From assembly GCA_964616395.1 (NCBI GenBank), contig CAZTUT010000003.1, positions 1 to 51,371 of the forward strand: a stretch of 51,371 bases of DNA, read 5' to 3'. This DNA comes from an uncultured Burkholderiaceae bacterium. Its GTDB lineage: Bacteria > Pseudomonadota > Gammaproteobacteria > Burkholderiales > Burkholderiaceae_F. Positions within the stretch are counted from its first letter, which is position 1; every line of letters starts with the position of its first letter. Shown one piece after another: positions 9,002 through 17,840 of this stretch. The translations under genes and the position numbers were made by a program. A model generated the notes under the pieces. It was not told where the DNA came from, ran no database searches, and saw only the letters and a program-made list of their open reading frames with translations.

Positions 9002-9433
9002 ATGGCGATCCTCGCAAGACGCAACGGCAGCCGGCGCCGCATGCTGGCCGACATCAACGTGGTGCCGTACATCGACGTGATGCTGGTGCTGGTGGTGATC
9101 CTGATGGTCTCCGCACCGTTCGTGAACCCGGCGCTGGTGAACCTGCCGTCGGTAGCCAAGAGCTCGCGCGCGCCCGACCGGCCGCTCGAAGTGGTGATCC
9201 GCGCCAACGGCAGCCTGGTGCTGCGCGAGGGCAGCAAGGACCTGGCCGCCGACATGCCGGGCGCCATCGACGCGATCCGGCAGCGCCAGGCCGCGCGTAA
9301 GGACAACCCGGTGCCGGTGGTGATCGCCGCCGACAAGGACGTCAAGTACGAGCACGTGATGAAGGCCATGGACGCACTGCAGAAGGCAGGCGTGCAACGG
9401 GTCGGACTGATGGTGAAGCCGGCCACATCATGA
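9002..9433 (+). CDS. tolR: Tol-Pal system protein TolR (ExbD/TolR family)
   Basis: The motif INVVPYIDVMLVLLVIFM-like (INVVPYIDVMLVLVVILMV) is followed by a periplasmic domain. Its stop overlaps the tolA start. Confidence 0.9.
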   Translation: MAILARRNGSRRRMLADINVVPYIDVMLVLVVILMVSAPFVNPALVNLPSVAKSSRAPDRPLEVVIRANGSLVLREGSKDLAADMPGAIDAIRQRQAARKDNPVPVVIAADKDVKYEHVMKAMDALQKAGVQRVGLMVKPATS

Positions 9434-10266
9434 CCGCGCTGGCATTCGAGCGTCCGCGGCTGCCGCGTCCGCCCGAGGACCTGCCGCTGTCCTTCGGGCT
9501 GGCGCTGGCCATGCATGGGCTGCTGCTGGCGGGCCTGTTCCTTGCCGTGCAGTGGCGTACGCAGCCGGCCGCGCCGGTGGTGGCCGAGCTGTGGGCGGCC
9601 CTGCCCGCTGCAACGGCGCCCGCGCCGGCGCCCGAACCCGAACCCATCGTCACGCCACCGCCTGCACCCCCAGCACCTGAACCTGAACCTGCGCGCGCGC
9701 CCGATATCGCACTCGACGCGCCGAAGAAGGCGCCGCCCAAGGTGGCGCCGCCGGTCGAAAAGAGGCCTGAGCCGGTGCGCGAAACGAAGAAGCCCGAGCC
9801 GAAGAAGGTCGAGCCCCGGAAGGCGGAGCCGAAGAAGGCCGAGGTTCGCAAGGACGAACCCAGGAAGACGGAAACGCAACCACCGGAACCCGGCCCCCGC
9901 ACCGACATGGAGCGCCTGATGGCGCAGGCGGCCGGCACGCCGGGCGGCGCGACCGCAGCGCCGGCAGCGAGCGGCGTGCGCGGCACCGATGCCAGTTACT
10001 CGGCGCGCGTGATCGGCTGCATCCAGCCGCATATCGTGTTCACGGTACCGCCCGGCACGCCGCCAAGCGTGTTTGCCGAGTTCCGGGTCGAACTTCTGCC
10101 CGATGCATCGGTCGCAGCAGTCAAGCTGTTGCGGGCCAGCGGGCTGCCCGGCTATGACGCCGCCGCCGAACGCGCGATCCGCCGCTGCGATCCGTTCCCG
10201 CGCAAGCGCGATGGCTCGATCGACCGCGTGATCGACGTGCGCATGCAACCGGTCGAGTCGCGTTGA
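9430..10266 (+). CDS. tolA: Cell envelope integrity protein TolA
   Basis: It has an N-terminal TM anchor, a Pro/Lys/Glu-rich spacer (KKPEPKKVEPRKAEPKKAEVRK) and a TonB_C/TolA-like C-terminal domain. It occupies the expected position between tolR and tolB. Confidence 0.85.
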   Translation: MTALAFERPRLPRPPEDLPLSFGLALAMHGLLLAGLFLAVQWRTQPAAPVVAELWAALPAATAPAPAPEPEPIVTPPPAPPAPEPEPARAPDIALDAPKKAPPKVAPPVEKRPEPVRETKKPEPKKVEPRKAEPKKAEVRKDEPRKTETQPPEPGPRTDMERLMAQAAGTPGGATAAPAASGVRGTDASYSARVIGCIQPHIVFTVPPGTPPSVFAEFRVELLPDASVAAVKLLRASGLPGYDAAAERAIRRCDPFPRKRDGSIDRVIDVRMQPVESR

Positions 10267-10337
10267 AGCGCGGGGCAGGCTGTCATCCGCCCGCTGGTCT
10301 CGCGCGTGAAACCCTGGCGTGCTGTAATTTCCGCTCA

Positions 10338-11684
10338 ATGACAATGACTGATCCCTGCCCCGCCCCGCCTCGACCCGCCCGCCGTCGCCTGCTCGTGCAG
10401 GCCGGGCACGCAGCCCTTGCGCTGGGCAGCGGCGGCGCGCTTGCGCTGGCCGCGGCCCCCAGCCGCGCGCAACTGCGGGTCGAGATCACCGGCGTGGGCT
10501 CGAGCCAGTTCCCGGTGGCCGTGGCCGCGTTTCAGCGCGAAGGCCAGGTGACAGAGGCGGTCGACGCCCTCATCCGCGCCAACCTGCAGCGCTCGGGCCT
10601 GTTCCGGCTGATCGATCCGGGCACGGCAGCGCTGTCCGAGACCGCCGCCATCAACCACGCCGACTGGAAAGGCCGTGGGGCTGACGCGCTGGTGGTGGGC
10701 TCGGTGGCCCGTCTGGCTGACGGTCGCCACGACCTGCGCTTCCGGCTGTGGGATACGGTCAAGCAGACCCAGCTCGACGGCGCCAGCTACGTGAGCAGCG
10801 CCGCCGACCTGCGCGTCAACGCGCACCGGATCTCCGACCGCATCTACGAAAAGCTCACCGGCGAACGCGGCGTGTTCGCGACCCGGATCGCCTACGTGGT
10901 GGCGCAGGGCAAGGGCAATTTCGAGCTGCAGGTGGCCGATGCCGACGGCGGCGGTGCGCAGTCTGCGCTGCGTTCGCGCGAGCCCATCATGTCGCCGGCC
11001 TGGTCGCCCGATGGCGGTCAGCTCGCCTACGTGAGCTTCGAGACCGGTAAACCGGTTGTCTATGTGCATGCGCTGGCCACCGGGCAGCGGCGCGCGGTGG
11101 CGAGCTTTCGCGGCTCCAACAGCGCGCCCGCCTGGTCACCCGATGGCCGCCAGCTCGCGGTCGCGCTCACGCTGACCGGCAACACGCAGATCTATGCGAT
11201 CGACCTGCAGCAGCCGACCAATCCGCCGCGCCGCCTGAGCAATTCCGGCGGCATCGACACCGAGCCGGTGTGGTCGCCCGATGGCCGCCAGATCTACTTC
11301 ACGTCCGACCGCGGCGGCGGCCCCCAGATCTACAGGATGCCGGCCGAGGGCGGCAACGCGCAGCGCGTGACCTTCAACGGTGACTACGCAGTCAGCCCGC
11401 GCCTCAGCCCCGACGGCCGCACGCTGGCCTTCGTGGCACGCCGCAGCGGCCGGTTTCAGGTCTACACGCTGGATCTGGCCACGGGCGCCGAACTGCTGAT
11501 CACCGACACCGTGCTCGACGAGTCGCCCAGCTTCGCGCCCAATGGCCGCATGCTGCTGTACGCGACCGAAGTCAACCGGCGCGGCATACTGGCAACCGCC
11601 TCGACCGATGCACGGGTACGCGTGAGGCTGTCCGGCCCCGGCGGCGACGTACGCGAGCCGACCTGGGGCCCGTTCATCAAGTAG
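10338..11684 (+). CDS. tolB: Tol-Pal system beta-propeller protein TolB
   Basis: A signal peptide is followed by repeated PAWSPDG/PVWSPDG/SPRLSPDG propeller motifs. The start is taken at ATG 10338 (10344 is also possible). The track ORF begins at 10263. Confidence 0.9.
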   Translation: MTMTDPCPAPPRPARRRLLVQAGHAALALGSGGALALAAAPSRAQLRVEITGVGSSQFPVAVAAFQREGQVTEAVDALIRANLQRSGLFRLIDPGTAALSETAAINHADWKGRGADALVVGSVARLADGRHDLRFRLWDTVKQTQLDGASYVSSAADLRVNAHRISDRIYEKLTGERGVFATRIAYVVAQGKGNFELQVADADGGGAQSALRSREPIMSPAWSPDGGQLAYVSFETGKPVVYVHALATGQRRAVASFRGSNSAPAWSPDGRQLAVALTLTGNTQIYAIDLQQPTNPPRRLSNSGGIDTEPVWSPDGRQIYFTSDRGGGPQIYRMPAEGGNAQRVTFNGDYAVSPRLSPDGRTLAFVARRSGRFQVYTLDLATGAELLITDTVLDESPSFAPNGRMLLYATEVNRRGILATASTDARVRVRLSGPGGDVREPTWGPFIK

Positions 11685-11713
11685 CAGACCGACACATGAC
11701 AAGGGAGCACCGC

Positions 11714-12277
11714 ATGAAGATCCTGCCGACCGCCCGACTGCTGAGCCTGGCCGCCGCTGCCGCGCTGCTGGCCGCCTGCGCCAGCACGCCGCTCGACACC
11801 AAGACCGACCCGGCGCCGATCCGTGACGGGTCGACCGCCGCGCAGGCCGGCGGTGGCACGACCTCCCCGACCACCGACCCGCGCGCCGTGCAGCCAGTCG
11901 ATACCGCCGGCGGCCGGGGCGATCCGCTCAACGACCCCGGCGGCGCGCTGGCCAAGCGCAGCATCTTCTTCGACTTCGACCAGTTCGTCGTGCGCGCCGA
12001 AGACACACCCCTGATCGAAGCGCACGGCCGCTACCTGGCGGCGAACAAGAGCCGCAACGTCAAGCTTGAAGGCAATGCCGATGAACGCGGCAGCCGCGAA
12101 TACAACCTGGCCTTAGGCCAGAAGCGCGCCGAGGCGGTCAGGAGCCGGCTGAAGCTGATGGGCGTGGCCGACAGCCAGATGGAGACCGTGAGCTTCGGCG
12201 AGGAAAAGCCGCGCGCCACCGGCCGTGATGAAGCCGCCTGGGCCGAGAACCGCCGCGTCGATATCGTCTATCGCTGA
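11714..12277 (+). CDS. pal: Peptidoglycan-associated lipoprotein Pal (OmpA_C domain)
   Basis: It has a lipobox (LLAACAS) and an OmpA-like C-terminus: NVKLEGNADERGSREYNLALGQKRAEAV...NRRVDIVY. An AAGGGAG SD lies 6 nt before ATG 11714. Confidence 0.9.
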   Translation: MKILPTARLLSLAAAAALLAACASTPLDTKTDPAPIRDGSTAAQAGGGTTSPTTDPRAVQPVDTAGGRGDPLNDPGGALAKRSIFFDFDQFVVRAEDTPLIEAHGRYLAANKSRNVKLEGNADERGSREYNLALGQKRAEAVRSRLKLMGVADSQMETVSFGEEKPRATGRDEAAWAENRRVDIVYR

Positions 12278-12474
12278 CCGGCCCGTGCGGCGCGGGCGCC
12301 GGCCTCCGCGCCGCACGTGTTGAACGTCAGGTCGGCCATCGGGTCGGCCTCCTGTGCCTGTGCCGGCCGCCTGAACCGCTGCCTGCTCACTTGCCCCCGG
12401 CATGACTGCCGGTTATCAGCCTGTAACCCAGCTGTTCGCCGCCGATCCCGCACTTCTGCAACAATCCCGCCGCC

Positions 12475-13266
12475 ATGCGACCGCTCCGCCGTCTGACCCC
12501 ACTCCTGCTCGCTGCCGCGCTCGCGGCTGGCGGCAGTCTTGGCTCGCTCTCTGCCCAGGCTGCGCTGTTCGGCGACGACGAAGCACGCAAGGCGATTCTC
12601 GACCTGCGCGGACGACTGGCCGAGCAGGACAAGCGCGCGCAGGAAACGCAGGCCGCGCTCAACCAGCGGCTCGACGCTGCCCAGCGCAGCCAGCTCGAAC
12701 TGGTCAACCAGATCGAGGCGCTGCGCCAGGAGATCGCCAAGCTGCGCGGTCAGAACGACACGCTGGCCAATGAACTGGCCAATCTGCAGAAGCGCAACCG
12801 CGATCTGTATGGCGATCTGGACACCCGGCTGAAGTCCCTCGAGCCGATCCAGGCGACGATCGACGGCAAGCAGGTCAACCTGGGCCGCGACGAACAGGGC
12901 GCCTACGACGCCGCGCTGGCGCTGTTCCGCAGCGGCGACTTCGCCGGCGCCGTGCGTAGCCTGCAGACTTTCCTGTTGCGCTACCCAACCTCCGCGCACG
13001 CCGCCAGCGCGCGCTACTGGACCGGCAGTGCGCTGTACGCACAAAAGGACTATCGCGCTGCAATCGCCGAGCAGCAGATCGTCGTTGAAAAATTTCCAAG
13101 TTCCAGCCGCGCGCCCGAGGCGCTGCTCAACATCGCCGCCAGCCAGGACGAACTCAAGCAACGCCCCGCTGCCCGCGCCACCCTGCAGAAGCTGATCAAG
13201 GACTACCCCGACAGCGAATCGGCCAAGCTGGCACGCGAGCGCCTGGCCGCACTCGGCGGCAAGTAA
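12475..13266 (+). CDS. cpoB: Tol-Pal system protein YbgF/CpoB (coiled coil + TPR)
   Basis: It has a signal peptide, an N-terminal coiled coil (LEQ...LRQEIAKLRGQND) and a C-terminal TPR region (YDAALALFRSGDFAGA...YWTGSALYAQKDY). It lies directly after pal. Confidence 0.85.
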   Translation: MRPLRRLTPLLLAAALAAGGSLGSLSAQAALFGDDEARKAILDLRGRLAEQDKRAQETQAALNQRLDAAQRSQLELVNQIEALRQEIAKLRGQNDTLANELANLQKRNRDLYGDLDTRLKSLEPIQATIDGKQVNLGRDEQGAYDAALALFRSGDFAGAVRSLQTFLLRYPTSAHAASARYWTGSALYAQKDYRAAIAEQQIVVEKFPSSSRAPEALLNIAASQDELKQRPAARATLQKLIKDYPDSESAKLARERLAALGGK

Positions 13267-13279
13267 GGCGGGCGCCGCG

Positions 13280-14401
13280 ATGCCGATCGACGCAGCCGCC
13301 CTGCCCGGCATGATCCACACGGTGCTGTGGGCCACGTTCGCGCTGGCTACCGTGTTCGGCTTCATCGCCAGCCGCACGCACTTCTGCACGATGGGCGCGG
13401 TGGCCGACCTCGTCAACTTCGGCGACGCATCACGCATGCGACAGTGGCTGCTGGCCATCGGCGTGGCGATCGTCGCCAGCGGCCTGCTGGCGGCTGCGGG
13501 CCTGATCGACCCGGCCAAGTCGATCTACACCGGCAAGCGGCTGCTGCTGGGCGGTTACGTGATCGGCGGGCTGCTGTTTGGCTTCGGCATGGTGCTCGCC
13601 GGTGGCTGCGGCAGCAAGACACTGGTGCGTGTGGGCACCGGTAACCTGAAGGCGGTGGTGGTGTTCGTGGTGCTGGGCGTGGCCTCGTACATCACGCTGC
13701 GCGGCGCGCTCGGCGTGCTGCGAGTGAATCTGATCGAGCCGCTGTCGGTCACGTTGCCCGCGGCGCAGGACCTGCCCTCGCTGCTGGCGGCCCTCAGCGG
13801 CGTTGGCCGTGCCACGCTGCAGTGGCTGCTGCCGCTCGGCATCGGCGGCGCACTGATCGCCTTCGCGCTGGCGCGGCGCGACTTCCTCACGGTCGAGAAT
13901 CTGCTTGCGGGCGTTGGCATCGGCGGCGTCATTACGGCGGTCTGGTACGTGTCGGGCCACGTCGGCTACCTGACCGAGCACCCCGAGACGCTCGAGGAAG
14001 CGTTCCTTGCCACCAACACGGGCCGCATGGAGTCGCTGTCGTTCGTCGCTCCCATCGCCTATGTGCTGGACTGGCTGATGTTCTTCAGCGACAAGAGCAA
14101 GGTGCTCACGCTCGGCGTGGTGGCCGTGTTCGGCGTGATCGTCGGCTCGGCGGTGGCCGCGCTGCTGCGCGGCGAGTTCCGCTGGGAAGGCTTTCGTGAC
14201 ACCGAAGACACCGCCAACCATCTGGTGGGCGCGGTGCTGATGGGCTTCGGCGGCGTGACCGCGATGGGTTGCACGGTCGGCCAGGGCCTGAGCGGCGTCT
14301 CGCTGCTCGCGGTCGGCTCGTTCATCGCCTGGGGCGCGATCATCGCCGGCGCGGTGCTCGGCCTGCGCTATCAGACGTGGCGGATGGAGCGCATCGCCTG
14401 A
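13280..14401 (+). CDS. YeeE/YedE family membrane protein (putative thiosulfate/sulfur-compound transporter)
   Basis: It is polytopic, with the two family-typical Cys motifs GGCGSKTL and MGCTVGQG in duplicated halves. Confidence 0.8.
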   Translation: MPIDAAALPGMIHTVLWATFALATVFGFIASRTHFCTMGAVADLVNFGDASRMRQWLLAIGVAIVASGLLAAAGLIDPAKSIYTGKRLLLGGYVIGGLLFGFGMVLAGGCGSKTLVRVGTGNLKAVVVFVVLGVASYITLRGALGVLRVNLIEPLSVTLPAAQDLPSLLAALSGVGRATLQWLLPLGIGGALIAFALARRDFLTVENLLAGVGIGGVITAVWYVSGHVGYLTEHPETLEEAFLATNTGRMESLSFVAPIAYVLDWLMFFSDKSKVLTLGVVAVFGVIVGSAVAALLRGEFRWEGFRDTEDTANHLVGAVLMGFGGVTAMGCTVGQGLSGVSLLAVGSFIAWGAIIAGAVLGLRYQTWRMERIA

Positions 14402-14534
14402 CAGCCGCGGCAAGCGCTGCAGCACTGTTCCACTGCGAGCCCCGAGGCCTCGCGCGCGCGTTTGACGCCTACCGACCCGTTCCGGATAATCCGCCGCTTC
14501 GCCGTTGCGTTGTTCCTCTCGGCGAAGTCCCCCG

Positions 14535-14610
14535 GGGTCGTTAGCTCAGTCGGTAGAGCAGCGGACTTTTAATCCGTTGGTCGAAGGTTCAAGTCCTTCA
14601 CGACCCACCA
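14535..14610 (+). tRNA. tRNA-Lys (anticodon UUU)
   Basis: The sequence is GGGTCGTTAGCTCAGTCGGTAGAGCAGCGGACTTTTAATCCGTTGGTCGAAGGTTCAAGTCCTTCACGACCCACCA. The 7-bp acceptor stem is GGGTCGT/ACGACCC. The anticodon loop is CTTTTAA, a T-loop GGTTCAAGTCC is present, and CCA is encoded. Confidence 0.95.
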
Positions 14611-14766
14611 CTGCCGTGTCAGGCAATCCCCTCATCCTCGTGCGTGCTGCATGGGCGCATGATGGAATGCGCGACCCGCCGCGCACCGTGTCGTGTCGGT
14701 CAGGCGCCCGGACAATGTGACAATGCGCGCCTCGCAGCGCATCGCATCCCGACCGCAAAACATCCG

Positions 14767-16284
14767 ATGACCACGCTCGATCAACTGCTTGCCCCACTGG
14801 GCCTCGACTCTGTCCGCCTCGGCACCGGGCCGCTTACCGTCCGCTCGCCGATCGATGGCAGCCAACTGGCGCGCATCGCGCCGCAGTCGGCCGACGATGC
14901 CCGCGCCGCGATCACCCGCGCGCATGACGCGTTCATCGCGTGGCGCGGGGTGCCGGCACCGCGCCGCGGCGAACTGGTGCGCCTGTTCGGCGAGGAACTG
15001 CGCACACACAAGGCCGCGCTCGGCGCGCTCGTCACGCTCGAAGTCGGCAAGATCGCCAGCGAAGGCGAAGGCGAAGTGCAGGAGATGATCGACATCTGCG
15101 ACTTCGCGGTCGGCCTGTCGCGTCAGCTGCACGGCCTGACCATCGCCAGCGAGCGGCCTGGCCACCGGATGATGGAACAGTGGCATCCGCTGGGCGTGGT
15201 GGGCATCATCAGCGCGTTCAACTTTCCGGTGGCGGTGTGGAGCTGGAACAGCGCGCTGGCGCTGGTGTGCGGCAACCCGGTGATCTGGAAGCCGTCGGAG
15301 AAGACGCCGCTGACCGCACTGGCTACGCAGGCGCTGTTCGCGCGCGCCTGCGCCCGCTTTGCGGCGCAGGGCGGCAGCGTTCCCGAGGCGCTGTCGCAGG
15401 TGCTGATCGGCGGCGCGGAACTCGGCGAAGTGCTGGCCGACGATGCGCGCGTGGCGCTGCTGTCGGCCACCGGCAGCACGCGCATGGGCCGCGCGGTCGC
15501 GCCGCGCGTGGCAGCCCGCTTTGGCCGCTGCCTGCTGGAACTCGGCGGCAACAACGCGATCATCGTGGCGCCAAGCGCCGACCTCGACCTGGCGCTGCGC
15601 GGCATCGCCTTCGGTGCGGCGGGCACCGCCGGCCAGCGCTGCACCACCACGCGCCGGCTGATCGTCCACGAATCGGTGCACGACGCGCTGGTGGCGCGAC
15701 TGGCCGCGGCCTACGCCAGCCTGCCGGTGGGCGATCCGCGCACGCCGGGAACGCTGGTCGGCCCGCTGATCGACCGCCGCGCCTTCGACGCGATGCAGGC
15801 GGCGCTGACGCAGGCGGTCGTCGAGGGCGGCACCGTTGTCGCCGGCGGCCAACGCGAACTGGCGCAGCACTGGCCCGACGCCTGGTACGCGCGCCCGGCG
15901 CTGGTCTCGATGCCGGCGCAGACGCCGGTGGTGTGCGAGGAGACTTTCGCGCCGATTCTCTACGTGTTGCGCTATCGCGATTTCGACGAGGCGCTGGCGC
16001 TGCAAAACGGCGTGACGCAGGGCCTGTCATCGGCGATCTTCACCAATGATTTGCGCGAGGCCGAGGTGTTCCTGTCGGCGCGCGGCTCCGACTGCGGCAT
16101 CGCCAACGTGAACATCGGTACCTCGGGCGCCGAGATCGGCGGCGCCTTCGGCGGCGAGAAAGACACCGGCGGCGGCCGCGAGTCGGGCTCCGACGCCTGG
16201 CGCGCCTACATGCGGCGCGCCACCAACACCGTCAACTACTCGCGCGCGCTGCCGCTGGCGCAGGGCGTGAAGTTCGACCTCTGA
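14767..16284 (+). CDS. amaB: ALDH7-type aldehyde dehydrogenase (L-piperidine-6-carboxylate / alpha-aminoadipic semialdehyde dehydrogenase-like)
   Basis: It has an aldehyde dehydrogenase core (ELGGNNA, catalytic Cys in GTAGQRCTTTRR). It also has the ALDH7-characteristic segment EGEGEVQEMIDICDFAVGLSRQL. The start is taken at the internal ATG 14767 (MTTLDQLL). Substrate assignment is by family resemblance only. Confidence 0.8.
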   Translation: MTTLDQLLAPLGLDSVRLGTGPLTVRSPIDGSQLARIAPQSADDARAAITRAHDAFIAWRGVPAPRRGELVRLFGEELRTHKAALGALVTLEVGKIASEGEGEVQEMIDICDFAVGLSRQLHGLTIASERPGHRMMEQWHPLGVVGIISAFNFPVAVWSWNSALALVCGNPVIWKPSEKTPLTALATQALFARACARFAAQGGSVPEALSQVLIGGAELGEVLADDARVALLSATGSTRMGRAVAPRVAARFGRCLLELGGNNAIIVAPSADLDLALRGIAFGAAGTAGQRCTTTRRLIVHESVHDALVARLAAAYASLPVGDPRTPGTLVGPLIDRRAFDAMQAALTQAVVEGGTVVAGGQRELAQHWPDAWYARPALVSMPAQTPVVCEETFAPILYVLRYRDFDEALALQNGVTQGLSSAIFTNDLREAEVFLSARGSDCGIANVNIGTSGAEIGGAFGGEKDTGGGRESGSDAWRAYMRRATNTVNYSRALPLAQGVKFDL

Positions 16285-16306
16285 TCGACGCACGGCGCGC
16301 GCGCGG

Positions 16307-16936
16307 ATGGATTTCGCCCTGACGGAAAGCACGGCCAGCGTGGTCGAGTGGACCGCGCTCGCGCTCGCGCTCGGCTACGTGCTGCTGTCGATCCGGCAGG
16401 CCGTGGCCGCCTGGCCGCTGATGATCGCCAGCAGCCTGCTCTACGGCCTGCTGTTCGTCAGCGCGCGCCTGTACGGGCAGACCGCGCTGCAGGTGATGTT
16501 CGTTGCCATCGCCGCCTGGGGCTGGTGGCAGTGGCGCTTCGGTCGCAAGGACGACGCGCCGCTGGCAGTGAGTTCGCTGTCGCCACGCGCGCGCGGATTA
16601 CTGCTCGCGCTGTGGGCGGTTGCCACGCTGCTGGCCGCACCTGCGCTGGCACGCCTGACCGATGCCGCCGCGCCCTGGCTCGATGCCTTCACCACCGCCG
16701 GCAGCGTGCTGGCGCAGGTGCTGACTGCGCGCAAGTACCGCGAGGCCTGGCTCGGCTGGATTGCGATCAACGGCCTGAGCGTGCTGCTGTTCGCGCAGCA
16801 GGGCCTGTGGCCCACGGCGCTGCTCTATGCGGTATTCGCCGCGCTGTCGGTGGCGGGCTGGCGCGCGTGGCGAGCGAGTCCGCAGGCAGCTGCAGCGCCA
16901 TCCATGGCCACCGCCCGCAGCAAGGACGCCGCATGA
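16307..16936 (+). CDS. pnuC: PnuC-family nicotinamide riboside (or related vitamin) transporter
   Basis: It is about 209 aa with 7 predicted TM segments and a PnuC-like W-rich pattern (AAWGWWQWRFG). It is followed by a NadR-type kinase gene. Confidence 0.75.
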   Translation: MDFALTESTASVVEWTALALALGYVLLSIRQAVAAWPLMIASSLLYGLLFVSARLYGQTALQVMFVAIAAWGWWQWRFGRKDDAPLAVSSLSPRARGLLLALWAVATLLAAPALARLTDAAAPWLDAFTTAGSVLAQVLTARKYREAWLGWIAINGLSVLLFAQQGLWPTALLYAVFAALSVAGWRAWRASPQAAAAPSMATARSKDAA

Positions 16937-16985
16937 GCGCTGCGCGCCATCCCGGTCCGGAAACCATGATCGTGCAGGTGATGCC

Positions 16986-17531
16986 TTGACCGCTTTGCTG
17001 CCGCTGCGCGTGGCCGTGATCGGCGCCGAGTGCACCGGCAAGACCACGCTGTGCCAGGCGCTGGCGCAGGACGCCGCCGGCATCTGGATTCCGGAGTTGT
17101 TGCGCGAATTCGTGGAGACCAGCGGTCGCGTGCCGAGTCCGTCCGAGCAGCCGCTGCTGATCGAGGAGCAGGTCAGACGCGAGCACAAGGCGCTGGCCGA
17201 GGCGGCGCGACGTGGCGCCACGCGCGTGCTGATCGACTCCACGCCGCTCGTGACCGCGCTGTACAGCGCGATGTACTACGAGGACCGCACGCTGCTGGCG
17301 CTGGCCAGCGCGCATCAGCGCCGCTACGACATCACGCTGGTGACCGCGACCGACCTGCCCTGGGAGGCCGATGGCATCCAGCGCGACGGTCCGGCAGCCC
17401 GGGAGCGCTTTCACGCACTGCTCACGCATTGGCTGGTGGCCGAGAACATCCCCCACGCGCTGATCGAAGGCAACGGCGCCGCGCGCCTGGCTGCCGCACG
17501 CACGGCGCTCGACGGCACGCGCACGTCCTGA
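16986..17531 (+). CDS. NadR-type P-loop kinase/AAA ATPase (ribosylnicotinamide-kinase-like domain only)
   Basis: The Walker A motif VAVIGAECTGKTTL is at the N-terminus and the size matches a NadR C-terminal domain. There is no in-frame ATG, so the start is assigned to TTG 16986 (AGGTGA lies 5 nt upstream). The start is uncertain. Confidence 0.65.
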   Translation: MTALLPLRVAVIGAECTGKTTLCQALAQDAAGIWIPELLREFVETSGRVPSPSEQPLLIEEQVRREHKALAEAARRGATRVLIDSTPLVTALYSAMYYEDRTLLALASAHQRRYDITLVTATDLPWEADGIQRDGPAARERFHALLTHWLVAENIPHALIEGNGAARLAAARTALDGTRTS

Positions 17532-17572
17532 CGCAGCGCTCCTGGCTGACGACCACCGATCTGCCGGCCTGC

Positions 17573-17602
17573 GCTGGTGCAAGCGACCGGGCCGCGTACA
17601 AT
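17573..17602 (+). promoter_or_regulatory. Candidate sigma70 promoter for the riboswitch-receptor transcript
   Basis: A TACAAT hexamer at 17597-17602 lies about 8 nt upstream of the first base of riboswitch helix P1. The -35 (TGGTGC, 16-nt spacer) is weak. Confidence 0.35.
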
Positions 17603-17609
17603 TCACGTC

Positions 17610-17740
17610 ACGCTAGGGGTCCCGGACAAATCCGCGCAGCGATGCGCGGTCCGATGCACGGTGGTCAGTCCACCGCGCGCCGGACGGGTGAGAAACAACC
17701 CTTTGAACCTGATCGAGTTAATACTTGCGCAGGGAAGCGT
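17610..17740 (+). promoter_or_regulatory. TPP (THI-box) riboswitch aptamer
   Basis: P1 is ACGCU(17610-14)/AGCGU(17736-40). The J/P2-P3 part is GGGGUCCCGG...CCGGACGGGUGAGA. Then come ACCCUUUGAACCUGAUC, P5 CGAGU-UAAU-ACUUG and GCGCAGGGAAG. This matches the conserved THI-element cores (UGAGA, ACCUGAUC, GCG-AGGGA). The P3 is long and variable and contains two sub-hairpins. Confidence 0.85.
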
Positions 17741-17840
17741 CGGCCCGGAGAGCCTCGGGCGCGCCGTCGGATCATCGAGGTTGCGCCACCACCGTCCCGC
17801 TCCTGTGCCACGCCCCTGCCATCGCACTGGAGCATCGACG

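Noticed and set aside
8312-9397. 361-aa minus-strand ORF opposite tolQ-tolR. Similar long antisense ORFs are 10335-11069, 12268-13518, 13430-14425, 14632-16005, 17772-19043 and 19461-20132.
   Set aside because: Each overlaps a gene with strong family motifs on the other strand. Their translations are low-complexity R/A/G/H/Q-rich and lack motifs.
9650-9900. Pro/Lys/Glu-rich repeats (PEPKK-like) and matching nucleotide periodicity
   Set aside because: This is the normal low-complexity domain II of TolA. It is not a separate repeat element.
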